Origin: Ruditapes philippinarum
Lineage: Eukaryota
Reading direction: 5' to 3'
DNA length: 64,000 nt
Assembly (NCBI RefSeq): GCF_026571515.1
Contig: NW_026867184.1
Coordinates: forward strand, 310,001-374,000
The notes beneath the pieces were generated by a model, which made no database searches, was not told where the DNA came from, and saw only the letters and a list, made by a program, of their open reading frames with translations. This document shows positions 12,101-24,339 of this stretch, piece by piece (the first letter of the stretch is position 1; each line of letters opens with the position of its first letter). The position numbers were made by a program, and so were the translations under genes.

Positions 12101-15100
12101 GTGGTTTGGAAACATCAGGCTCATGTATGCACAAAGATGGTAGACACTTTGCCATACTGTTTCTAATATAACAACATTAGAAACTTCATAAAGTAGATTT
12201 AGGAGCAGTGATTTATAAGTTCCAAACTGAAAGGAAATAGTAGATGAATCAGGGAGGCTTTTTTTTTCAGAAACAGTATGGCAATTGTTAATCAGGGTTC
12301 CAAACTTTTTGTAATGTTAAACTTTTAAAAAACCCTTGAAGTTATTTTAAATTAAAAGGGGGATTGGGGATGTACCTAAAAGTTTGGGAGCCCAAAACCA
12401 AACCCAAAAAGGGTTCAATGGGGCATGGAAAAGTTATTTTGTTTCTTTCTATTTACCCACCCAGAGTTTTTTAAAGGGTTTTTTGTATCAGTGATATGAA
12501 AGTCTAACAAAAACCAGTGCAGATAATAGCACTGTCTCATTAATTTTTACATGTATATAGGTCTTGAGTCTGTATACATTTTCAGTTTTGCTTTCTCAAG
12601 ATTATAGATGATCTTGATAATGAATTATAGAAAAAGATTAATCTGCTGTTTGATAGGTTGACTAAACTATCTTGTATCTATCTATTTTTGATGATGAAAT
12701 TTTGTTAGGCTTTTATAACAATATGCATTGCCTTAAAATGTTTGCATGTCTAACTGATTAAATATTTACTGTAACTGAAATCAAACCATGTCAGTAAATA
12801 TCTCTGTAGTTGAAACAGAGAAACCATACAATTTTTCCTACAAGTTTAGCCAGTGAAACCAGCAATTTGGTAATTTCCAAACACAATTTGGAGATTAAAA
12901 AATTTATAAGGAATTATCTAGGCCTTGTCTCAGGTTCCAATATTTGGAGAGTCAGTGTTAGGTTCCAGTAAGCGTTGTAAGTACAAAGAATTCTTTTTGT
13001 TACATTCATGCTATCTCTATCAAAATCTTGATTGTATCATATAAACAGTGTATGATGTATAGCTTTTTGATCTGTGTTGTGAGGGTACCTGAATTATGAA
13101 CTATTATTCTATGCTCATGTAATTTTGAACATTTTCACTTTATTATATTTTTATGTATGTTAATTTTTCCACATTACTCTGTACATGCATTATTAACTTA
13201 TATTTTTCCTTTTTGCCTACCCCAGATTAGGTGGGTAGCCAGCAAACTTGTCACCCCCAAATTGCCAATGTCAGAGTATCTGCCTATGTCACACCATTGC
13301 TCAACTGTGAAGCAAAAAGCCTGGGTAACGTATATACGCCAGATGAAACTAAGACAAGTGCCGAAAGTGCGAAATCCCCCAAGTGTGCCTAGAGATGTGT
13401 GGACATCAATCTTGAAAAGTGTTACGAAGGACTAACTGGAAATGGATTGGACCTTAAAAGTCGGCAAAGAATTTCTGGACTTATTCTGTGCATCAAAAGT
13501 GTTAAATTCTGGGAAATATTCTATTGAAGTCTAGATTTGGCCTGTAATTTGAGAGAACAAAATTCATTTAATGATACAGTAAATGTTTTCATTCTGATAA
13601 TGAATATATTTAAGTAACTTTTCACAACACAAAAAAAAGAAAGATTGTTAAATATAAACAAGTCTTATACAAGTAGGGGGTGTGTAAGATACTGCACATG
13701 TTCAAGTGCTTTTAATTTGTCAGACCTTAGAATTTCAGATACATCCTTGGATGGCATACAGAAGTTTGTTACAAGGGTTTATGGAAAGCAGTAATCAAAA
13801 CATTGGTAACACAGTAGTAAGATTAGTCGGCAATGAAAAGACAAGAGTGCTTAAATGAGATAAAGAACAATTAATACTTGGTTCGCAACGGCAAAATGTG
13901 GTGACAACTTGGTGTAAATCATGATCTCTTTGTTTGGACTTGCATGTTTAATTACCTTTTGTTTTCTAGTTATTTTTGGGATTCCATCGTTTGGTTTTAA
14001 CAAAACATGCACAGGTAAGCATATCTTTTCTATTTTACTTGAAATGATGACTTGGAATGACTTGGTCACACTTATTCATCAGTTATGTTTTCTTTGGTGA
14101 TATCTGGAAAATTAACATACAAAAAAAAAGATTTAGTGAAATTGGTTCAAAATTTTGATTTTTGAAAACTTTCTTTAATGTTTATTGCTGAGGCAATTCC
14201 TTTATATTGTTAAATTTCATTAAAAATAATTTTTTAAAAATGTATCGAAAGTAAGTTTTGATTTCTATAGAAGTATTTTAATGCTGACTTTTGTCTTGAA
14301 GCATTTACATCAAAGAAAGCTTTCACTCTTTTGTCAATCATGTTCTTAATCTTGATCAGATTTCAGGATTCAGAAAAGTTGTTAGGAATAAAGTCATGTT
14401 TTTTTGTACTTTTTATATTTTCAGGAATTACATGAATGATAGTTTCCGAACAGACGTTTTTGTTCGCTACAATCCGGAGACAATTGCTTGTGCATGTATA
14501 TGGTTAGCTGCTAGGCAACTTCAGGTTAATAAATTTGTATTTGTAACATATGGTTAACTGTTTAGACAAAGATGAAGCTTAGTTTTTAATGAACTTTGTA
14601 AATAAGCTGATAAAATATTTGTATTGTACTTAACTATAGCAGAATGAATATAAAGAGATTTTTCAAGATCTTATTTTAGTTTTTATGAACTTTGTTAATA
14701 AGCTGATAAAATATTTGTATTGTACTTTACTATAGCGTAATGAATATAAAGAGATTTTTTCAAGATCTTATTTTTTGAGCTTAAATAAATGCTGAAGTCA
14801 TTACATGATTATATAGTATAAATAGGTGTATAAATAATTACTAAAAATTTCTTTGTTACAGGTACCATTGCCAAACAGTCCACCATGGTATGAGTTGTTT
14901 GGTGTGATAGAGGAAGACATACGAGAGATCTGTCTTACAATTCTAAGATTGTATGCCAGGAAAAGGGTATGTGTTCAGTAACCAAAAAATTATTTATACA
15001 ATAGCCTACTTCTTATTATATAAATGAGGTGTAACTGTAAGTTGTAAAATCTTAAATTACTATTGGCTAGTTAATTTAAACATATTTATTTCAATATTTC

Positions 15101-17534
15101 GCATATTTTACATGTTATATGTATATAATTTTTACATAAAATTGAAATGGATTAGAAAGAAAGATAACTTATATAGTTCCTCTCCCTGCTGGTTAGTTAA
15201 ACTGGCTGGACGGGTATTTTTCCCTGACCGTCATTTGATTGACAGTGAATTTTAGATTAAAAATTTATTATCCGAAGTTAATTTGCATAAAAATTTGAGA
15301 GGTTCTTTGTGGACACCATATAGCTGGCATATGAGTTGTTTTTTTGTGTGTTTTTTTTCATTGCTAATAAATATAACTTTATTATTATTTTAGCCAAATC
15401 CTGATGCATTGGAGAAGAAAGTGAATGCTGTGCGAACATTACAGCTTGAAGCTAAAAAGAAGGCAAAAGGACTTTTCTCAGAACGAGACACACCAAATTC
15501 TACCTCGAGGCAGAGTAAGTGTAATATTACGTTATTGATACAACCATTTTCCATCAGGATTTACAGTACTGGTTGTTTTAAAAAAGATCCTTTGGAGACA
15601 ATGTGTGGAAAGTATTTTATTGTGCCCCCATTTTAGGGGGGGGGGGGCATTTAGCATTTACCCTTGTTTCTATTAGATAATAAAATTAATTATGTATTAA
15701 AATTCCAGTCTGTGCAAACGTCCATTACTTAAATATAAATATATCTAACATTTATTAGTGTCTAATTGTCTTATTATTTATCTTATTTTTGTAATGTTTA
15801 CAGTGCAAACATGCGAATATATTTACAGATTCGCCAAAGAATGTCAGTCCTAATCCAACCACTTTAATAGGAGAGCTCAAGAAAAGAATAAAGAAGGAAG
15901 CTGAGGAAAAACATGATGGGTAATTGCTCAGCATTGTTTCAAATAACTAACCCTTAGCCTGCTGGTTAACTTTGCTAGTCAAGCATGCACATCTATGCAG
16001 TGTTACCAGGCTTTATAATGTTTGTAGCTGGGTTTCTGTATTTTGATATTGAAATCGTTTAAACTTCAAGTAGAAGGCTCCAAATTCATTGAAGGGCACA
16101 TACAATACATAAACTAAGTAGATTTTGGTGTATAATGTGTTAATAAATTTCAAATATTACACTTTATCTGATAGTTATAACAGATATTTGTTGACTTAAG
16201 GAGAATTTGTTCTATTTTAATTGTTAAAGGTATTGAAGCTGCAGCCTTCCAGTCAAAGTGTCAAACTCCTATTTCAGGAATCATGGTCTCCAGCTTGTCC
16301 ATGTTTCTACATGCTATATCTTTATAAGTTTATGCTGAACGATCGTTTAATTAAAACGATAATAATAATATGCTCTTATTATACACAGGGACTATAATAG
16401 CATTATTGTGTTATTTTGACTAGTATTTTCATTGTCAATTATCAACTTTTTACTTGTTTTAGTGATGGATCTAAGAGAAGAAAAAATGGTGTTTCCAGAA
16501 GCCGGTCGAGAAGTCGATCAAGGTAATTTGATGTTAATAATTTTGAATGCGACTTCTTATTATCTAACCAAATATTTTTAGCTTGACTATTTTAAGTTTA
16601 TTGGTTGAGATTTTGATTGCAACTTTGCAACTATTTTACTTGATATATAAAGATTACTGAAAATAATTCACTTGAAATTTTACTCACTATCAAAGACCTG
16701 TAACTGTCAACTAATAGTTGGACTTGTCCTGGTCTAAAGTTTTTTATGCAAGTACCGTTCCTTCAATCATACAACCAGTAAAAATCACCAAAGGTATTTG
16801 TGTGAAATTTAAAACTGATATATTTATATATAAAAGTGGTCATTGTCACTAAATAGATATGATCAAAACTTGTAAAAAAACTTACCGTCTTTGCTTTTCG
16901 CTCCGAATTTGGAAGAAACATTTATTTTTTTGTATGTGAGAAAACTATTGTAATTTTTAAAGGGGAAATTTGACAAATGACCACTCTTACTATTAATCGT
17001 AAGTGCAGTGTATTAGATTAACAGTTCAGATTAGGATTTCATATTTAATTTAAATTGAAAATTTATAACAAATTGCTACATGATCTTAATCAAATAAGTA
17101 AGAAAAATTCACTATGTTATTTGTACGTTTTAAGGTCATCAAGATCAAGTAGAAGTTACAGCCCAGCACAAAAGAAACGAAAGCGAAAGGAGTCTCACAC
17201 CAAGAAAATCTAAAAAAGAGAAGTACTCGCCAGATAGAAGGAGCGGCAAGGATCTTCAACAAGTCTCGCAAGCGAAAACATCGATCTCGTAGCCGGAGTT
17301 TATTCATACAGTCCATCCCTGATTATAAATCTAGTCACAAGAAAAGATCGAAAGAATAAGATCCGCGATTATAAAGACAACAGAGATTATAAAGAAAATA
17401 AAGACAGATATTATTCTCCAGATCTGACATTCTCGGAAACATCGGAAACGGTCACCACTCAAGTCCGTCTCGAGACCGCAGTGATAAGTATGATAAATAT
17501 GACAAGTACGGATAAGGTCCTGTACCGAAGATGA
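9160..17534 (+). CDS. CCNL1: Cyclin L (cyclin L1/L2 ortholog), 11 coding exons
   Basis: GT-AG, phase-consistent exons: 9160-9360 (..[38 protein letters not shown]), 9487-9561 ([22 protein letters not shown]), 11164-11273 ([21 protein letters not shown]), 11699-11819 ([25 protein letters not shown]), ~12359-12427 (garbled exon 5), 14425-14524 ([14 protein letters not shown]), 14862-14966, 15394-15514, 15829-15919, 16463-16522, and 17135-17534 (RS domain ending YRR*, with several +1 indel errors). Confidence 0.96.
10016..11140. mobile_element. Non-autonomous DNA transposon (hAT-like CAGG..CCTG termini) in cyclin L intron 2
   Basis: TIR CAGGCCTCGACA(T/C)TA / TAGTGTCGAGGCCTG, subterminal GACCACCT repeats, flanked on both sides by ATAGT. 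Confidence 0.8.
14580..14776 (+). repeat. Tandem duplication, 2 x ~98 bp, in cyclin L intron 6
   Basis: TAGTTTTT(A)ATGAACTTTGT.AATAAGCTGATAAAATATTTG...CAAGATCTTATTTT twice head-to-tail. Confidence 0.9.
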
Positions 17535-18414
17535 TGTTAGTTACATTCTAGTGTCTTAAAAACAATTGTGATATGTGCCAAGTGGTGATGGATCAAAATC
17601 TAGTTTTAAAGGGTTACTGGATATTTGGTCTTAGCACCATACTGTATAGGTCCGCAATAACAATCAGATATTTGCAAGAAATGAATTGGTATGAGAATTA
17701 TAAAGAAAAGTTGAGAAGAAAAAAAATGTGAAGCTTCTTGAGTATAGAAACTTTCCTATAACCTGTTTTCTCTGAATAATATACAGCATTGGAAAAATGA
17801 TATAAAATTAGATTTCTTTTCTTATTTCCTTAATTGTTTTGTGGAAGATAAAAAAAATGTTGTAGAATGTTATTTTGTAAGAAGAAAAGTGCTCTCAGGG
17901 TTCATCTTACATCTTATGATTATCATTTGAAGTGCAATTATTATCTTTTATTTTGTTTCCCATGGTACCAAATTGAAACTATTTCACAGTGTTTTATTTT
18001 TTACAGATTTTTGTGTTATGATGTCACTTTTAAGCAATAGTGACTGAGTGAATCATATACATTGTTGAAAAAAAAAGACTTTAAGCTAAGCAGAAGTTTT
18101 GAATACAGTAAAAATATTATATTACGTTTTGTTTACATTTTAAAAGTGTATTTATGCAAGTTTAAAAATAGATAATTCAACATATTGAAAGGAAAAAAAT
18201 TTTTTCTTATCCAATTGAATTAAAATAGTTATATCATAGCTATGGCTGGAAGATAGAATATCATATTATAAGTCAATGCCACAGTTATCTAGCGACTTAA
18301 TCTTTTTTTGGGTACCGGTAAAATGACTTGATGCCAGGTTTAATCGCTGGTCCAAATATCCTAATATTATTGATGGTCAATAAAGTCTACACATGCACAG
18401 TTTTATCTTTAAAA

Positions 18415-19041
18415 CCCATTGCTTCATGAGCATTTTGTGAAAAATGGCTGTTTTCATTGAAAAGTCTCCCGTTACAAGTTCAAATTGCTATAAATACTAT
18501 AAAAACTGCTTCAACACTAATCAAACTTGGCACAAATGTTGACTGGACCATTACCCTTGCAACAACATGCTCAGGCTTAAATTTTCTGTTACCGAATGGC
18601 AACGAGGGGACATCTCAAAATTGCCAAAAAATCATTATTTTGCGTTGATTTTTTTCCATCAAAATTGATTTCAAAGTGCTGCAACTTCTCAATGGATTGA
18701 GATAGAGTCAAATGCTTTTCAGCGTTGGTTACACGTTACCTTAATGATCAATCTGGGTCATTTACAGCCTCTCACAAGTCCAAAAATTTTCTTGGCGATG
18801 AGGGGGACTCCGCCCCCCTTCAACCCCCCAAACAGAAGGGGGCACATCCCCCTTCTGGCAACCCCCTGATGTATCATTTGATTGGGGGGCCGCGCCGAAA
18901 AAGAGGTCACTTTTTTAACAACATTTCTCAAACAAAAACAAGTGTTTGGGGCCTAAATAAGGCATTTTTTCATCATTTGAGACAACAAAAAGGGGGGGGG
19001 GGTGAAAAAGGCGTTAAAAGGCGTGTATATGAAGTAATGGG
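18415..19041. mobile_element. piggyBac-type MITE (copy 1)
   Basis: CCCATTGCTTCAT...ATGAAGTAATGGG-TTAA termini; reverse-complement homolog of 29416-30044. Confidence 0.8.
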
Positions 19042-20500
19042 TTAAATTGTACTGTATATTGGATAATCGATTTTTCTAGCTGTCCAGGAAAATAATGTGA
19101 TGGAAAATTTTGTTGTAATGTTGTTTCATTTATGATTTAATATATATAGATTTGATTTCTTTCTTTAAACTGTTTAAAGTTTTTGAACTACTTATTTAAC
19201 AGTTTTCATCATGGACTTTTTTTAACCAAGTTTGAAATTTTAAAAGCAGTGAATAATTTATGTTTATAAATAAAAGGTGTTGAGTAAAACAGCTGGAGTT
19301 TATATATTTTTTACTTTAATTGCATGAAAAATTATTTTCTTGGCTGAAATTCAGCCTTTGTAGTTTTCAATTCATGATCATTTTGATCTTTTTGTTTATT
19401 CAGCCTTTCAGGGTTTAAATGTTATCTTCAAAACAGCGGATGTATTGTCTTATTTGAAATGTACATTACATGATTTTAGTTTGTATAAATTAGATGCCTA
19501 GAAGGTTAATTTAAGTATCATGATATGCATTAAAATGCTGATTTGTTCATATTTCACATATTTTGTACATAGATCTGAGATATGTATATTGTGTACATAC
19601 AAAATAAAATTTACAAGAAAGAATGAAAAATAATAAAAAAATATGTAATGAAAAGTTTTGTTTATTTGTTTTGTTTGTTCAAAGTTTTAAAATAATGTGA
19701 ATTGTATCTTGCAGTGCTAAAGATGTTCTTGTTTACACTGAGGTTGAACATAATATTGTTCTAATGAATCATTACTGCTTGGTACAGAAGTACTGGTAAA
19801 GGTACTTTATGCATCTCCCCAATTTTAAGCATTGAAAACTTTAGCTCTGCCTTTTCTGTTCATTGCTACTGCTCACAAACGATATCGCAAACAAAATCAT
19901 GTGTTCTCCTGTTTACACCAAGTTTAAAAAATACTATTGTCTCAGCATAGCAGTTTTGAGAAACCGTCAGTTCACATAAAACTGAGGGCACTGTTGGTCA
20001 GTTCACATAAAACCGAAAGCACTGTTGATGATAATTGATCAATCTTAATGTTTTTGAGCATCCAACAAGGCAGCTACTAGTACAATGTTTATAATGATAT
20101 ACTGATAAAGCTAGGAAAATCCTTAACATAGTCGTGTCTTGCAATCCACACAGGGCGACATGAAGAACAAGGTTAGTGAAAGTGACAAACTGGTTTTCAT
20201 GTGGAAATTGAATTTTCTTAAATCGCTTTTAAAACAAGATCATTACAGTAAAGAAAAGAGACAAAACTAGAATGGGAGGAAAAAAATCCTACAAAACTGG
20301 AAGTGAGGAAAAAAACCTGAAGATATTGGAAGATTGAAAAATATAACAAAGTTAACAAATCCTTACATACATGTATAAATTTAAAATATACACTAATTTA
20401 ACAACCATTAAAGATCAACATTTTCCTGTAGAATGCGAACTAAACATTATATAACTGTTCTTTGGTGTACTGCACATTACAATGTTCAGCCCTTTTCGCC

Positions 20501-21325
20501 AACAAAGAGGGTCATTAGGGCCTTCGATCGCTGACCTACGATACATTTTTTCAAGTAACAAGGTCACATTGGGTTGTCGATCATTTTTGACCCAAGCTGC
20601 ACATTTTCTTAGATGTGTCCGCTAGGAATAACTGCATTGACCAATGGTTTATGTCTCTTGTAAAGGACCACACAGCAATGCTTTATGCTTAAAATCTAAG
20701 CTCAAAGCATCAAAATTCCACACAAAAAGACTTAAATGTGTTTTCCTAGATAAGTCTACATAAACAAAGAGACCCCAAGGACTGGGTCAATTTTGACCCC
20801 GTTGGAATGTCTTTAAATGTATATGCAAAATAGCTTAGTTTTCCACAAGAGGATTTAAATGTGTTTTCAGAAGTCTATAAAATCTTAGAGACACAGAAGT
20901 GGGACAGTCATTTATATAGAGGACCACAAGTCAAGGTGATGATTCATGCCAAAATATCAGCACTTGGCATTGCAGTTTCACAAAAGACATAAATTTATTT
21001 TTCTAAGCTAATCTAAATATGTCAAGGGCCACAAACCATGCTACATGCCAAAAACCTAAGTAATCCCAGGGGCATGATTTAATTATTTTTTTTGCAGAGG
21101 ACCACAATACGATTCTACATGATTAATATCTAAGCTCAGTGTATTGCAATTTTAGAAAAGAAATAAATTAAATAAACAGAATAAAAGAAATAAGAAATTA
21201 AATAAACAGAACAAAAGAAATAAGAAATTTAGTAATAGAGAATTAATAAATTTAAATGCATTTCCTTATACGAGTATGTCTATAAATCAAATGACCACAG
21301 GGGCGGGTCAAATTTTGACCCTCAG
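20501..21325 (-). mobile_element. Degenerate Helentron/HINE-like element with tandem repeats
   Basis: Begins with the reverse complement of a HINE-type 3' end (AACAAAGAGGG..GGGCCTT..ATCGCTGACCT); recurring TTTTGACCC / GAGGACCACA..ATGC units. Confidence 0.5.
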
Positions 21326-21693
21326 ATGCACATGCTTTATTTCCTAGCCAGAGGCTGGCTAAATCCTCCCCTAAACGCCCTCTTGTTATTTACGGTCGAA
21401 TCTCTCTACAGTATATTCCGGTAGTGGTGCAAGCGAACGATTCTGAGAATCGTGATGATTCATATAGCTGTATTGCTTTGAAAATTGTAAATGTATCTTA
21501 TCTATAATTGACCGGTGTTGTAATAGGTCTGTTGAGGCCTTTGCACGTGCACACGTTTGTTGAAAGATACATTTGTATTTAATATGTTTTTATTAAAACA
21601 ATAAATATATTATTATTATAGCAGACGGCACAAACACGTGACTGCATACATGTTTACAAATGTAAATACACTGATACAGGTCTGAGAACCAAA

Positions 21694-21890
21694 ATGGAGG
21701 AAATACGTCAAAATCCCAAGCGTAAAAATTACATTGCAGTTTTATATGGATTTAATTATATAGGTAGAAAAACGGAACATATCACACGAGAAAGACTTCG
21801 TCTACTACATCAAAAGATTTACAGATTGTTAGCAGGTCTCCCACGTTGTCAAACAAAGTGCAGCTCTCTTTATAAGTTGAAACTGAACAA
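21694..21890 (+). pseudogene. Duplicated first coding exon of the CXorf38-like/NACHT/ankyrin gene, splice donor lost
   Basis: 52 of 66 aa identical to 30525-30721; AACAG|GTACGT has become AACAA|ATATGT; upstream ACGTGACTGCATACAT is also shared. Confidence 0.8.
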
Positions 21891-22655
21891 ATATGTAGAT
21901 CTAGTTCTTATTCTGTATAGACACATCATGTGTATTTTTTGCTTATTATCTTCTTCTTAATCTACCCCTTCTTTTTTATAATGTATTTGTATTTTGCTCG
22001 CTAAGGGGCAATGTCGTACATGTATGTTTTTATTATCGCTGAATGTACATAATTACTAATAACTCAATTTACAATTTGCACACTTGGTTCAAGCGAGAGA
22101 ATTGACTGCAAACTTGACAAAATGGCTACCGAATCATGAAAATTTATATCGCCCGCACGTATTTTATCCTGGTACATGTAGTTGGGTTTGTGTGTTATTT
22201 TAATTTTATTTAAATATGTCCATTCCTCTATAAGGCAATGTTTATGACACTCGGTTTTAGGTTTCAGCTTCCTAGCTTCTGATTTGACGAAGTTATTTAA
22301 GAGTGCATGTTTTAAGATTTGACAATTAAATCACTTTTCTGGTCGAGTTTAGAACCATATATTTCTACAATGAGACAAAATTAAAATTCGATCCAATTTA
22401 GTAAGTAGGGATAAAAGGTGGCTACAATTATGAGGCCTCAAAACTTAAAGGCAGCCCTCAGCCACATGGTCAAGGTGGGGTGTCAACTCGAGCATGAAAT
22501 GGCATACCACCTACTGCATTCAATTTTGCAATTAATTATCCTAGTGCCATTCCTGTTGCTTTTGACAACAACTTAGCAGTCACTTTATAATTTAAAGAAT
22601 TATTCAGACCATGTTATGTATACTTTTTTTACATTATTCAGAACAGTTTGAACAG

Positions 22656-23688
22656 TTTATTAGTCCCCTACCGGTTTAACCGGAGGGGACTTTAGGCTTA
22701 CCCTCCGTCCGTCTGTCTGTCTGTCTGTCCGTCTGTCTGTCTGTCTGTCTGTCAGTCCGTCTACAAAACTTGATCCCGCGATAACGCAAAAAGTACTGAA
22801 AATATTTTTATGAAGCTTGATATATGGATAGATGGCAGTATGGAGATTATGCACGCCTTTTTTCTTCCTATGTTGAAAATTCTGGTTGCTATGGCAACAA
22901 ATAGTCTGAAAATATGTCAAATTTAACACATAAACTGGATCCAGTGATAACTCAAAAAGTACTGAAAATATTTTTATGAAACTTGAAATATGGGTAGATG
23001 GCAGTCTGGAGATTATGCACACCTTTTTCTTTTCTTCCTATGTTGAAAATTCTGGTTGCTATGGTCTGAATTTCAAGATTTCTGATTTAAATTTTTCAGC
23101 TTTTTCACTATAAGTTCTTTATTTCTTAAGGTGTTTACTTCAAACTTTAAATATAAGTTTCTGGTCATCAACCACATTATATGTGACAAGGTTTACAACT
23201 CTAGCACAAATATTATCAGTATTACCTCCCTTGAACTTAGAATTTTTATGAAAAAAATGTCTTTTTTAAATAGCTTCTTTATTTCCTAATGTATCTACTT
23301 CAAACTTCATATATATGTTTCTTATTATCACTCAACATTTTTGAGAAGGTTAAATATTCTAGCAAGACTATTTGCAGAATTATGTCCCCCTTGAACTTAG
23401 ATTTTTTTCGAGAAATTGGTATTTTTCACTCCAAGTCTTCATTCCTTTACTTTAAAATCCCACATCGTAATAATATGACAAGGTTGTATTTAAACATAAT
23501 TTCCTTACTAGGAAGGAAAACACATTATACTGTGATATAGACAAACTTAGAACTCAAAAGATTTAAGTTCATTCATGTCATTCATTCACTGGTAAAATTG
23601 AATGGCCAATGGCCCATCAGAATGTTGCTGGGGTTCTAACCGGTAGGGGACTTATGGATTGCTTGCAATACTATGATAATTGCTTGTT
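22656..23688 (+). mobile_element. Helentron/HINE-like non-autonomous element
   Basis: Subterminal inverted repeat TCCCCTACCGG / CCGGTAGGGGA, (GTCT)n microsatellite, two ~170-bp internal tandem units, 3' end ..TGCTTGTT. Confidence 0.8.
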
Positions 23689-23739
23689 GAAAATGCTGGG
23701 CCTCTTAGAGGCATCAGTCACATATACAATAATATAAAA

Positions 23740-24230
23740 TAATATGAATATATAATAATAAATAAATATATAATAAAATAATATGAACTATCATAAAAAG
23801 AGTTCCACAAAATATACTTATACACTAGATGGGATATAAATAAAAAACGAAAGTGTTACATTATAAAAATAGTTACTTAAATGCTGATATAATTTTTTTA
23901 CAGAATACTGCAAGTTTTAACAATATACTCCTATCTGTGCTATTCATTAGCATAGAAAACTTGATTGAATTGACATTAGTACTATACTCTCTAGTAATAT
24001 ATTTTTTCTATCAGTATTAAAGAATTGACAATTAAATAAGTAATGATATTCATCTCCAAGTGAGCTAGTATTGCATAAGTTACACACTCTTAATTCTCTT
24101 GGTATATAACAAAATCTACCAGACTCAATAGGCAATTTATAGTTCATACATCTAAAGCGCAATAGAACCAAAGCTAAATGAGATGGTAAAATATCTAAAA
24201 ACTTTTCAAATCTGAATTCTATAATTCAGA
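23740..24230 (-). mobile_element. 3' fragment of an RTEX-like LINE
   Basis: FRCMNYKLPIESGR..RVCNLC..LGDEYHYLFNC C-terminal CCHC motif (ORF 23947-24171). Confidence 0.8.
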
Positions 24231-24339
24231 CATTTACTGGATTCTGACATTTCACTATGCCAATTTTGAACGAACTGATCTTTATCATTGTTTATGTAGA
24301 ACCTTTACAGTAAAGTAAGTGACTTACCTATAAAAATGC

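Noticed and set aside
13157-13435. ORF containing TVKQKAW as the true cyclin L exon 5
   Set aside because: The donor after TGG is phase 0 whereas exon 6 needs phase 2, and the MYLQVLE-like core is at ~12370 instead.
18457-19045. ORFs 18457-18648 and 18725-19045, and their homologs at 29379-30015, as duplicated genes
   Set aside because: They lie inside the two MITE copies and their frames are not conserved.
22660-23022. ORF with TDRQTDRR repeats, and ORFs 34914-35183 and 35753-35983
   Set aside because: Translations of HINE microsatellites and tandem units.
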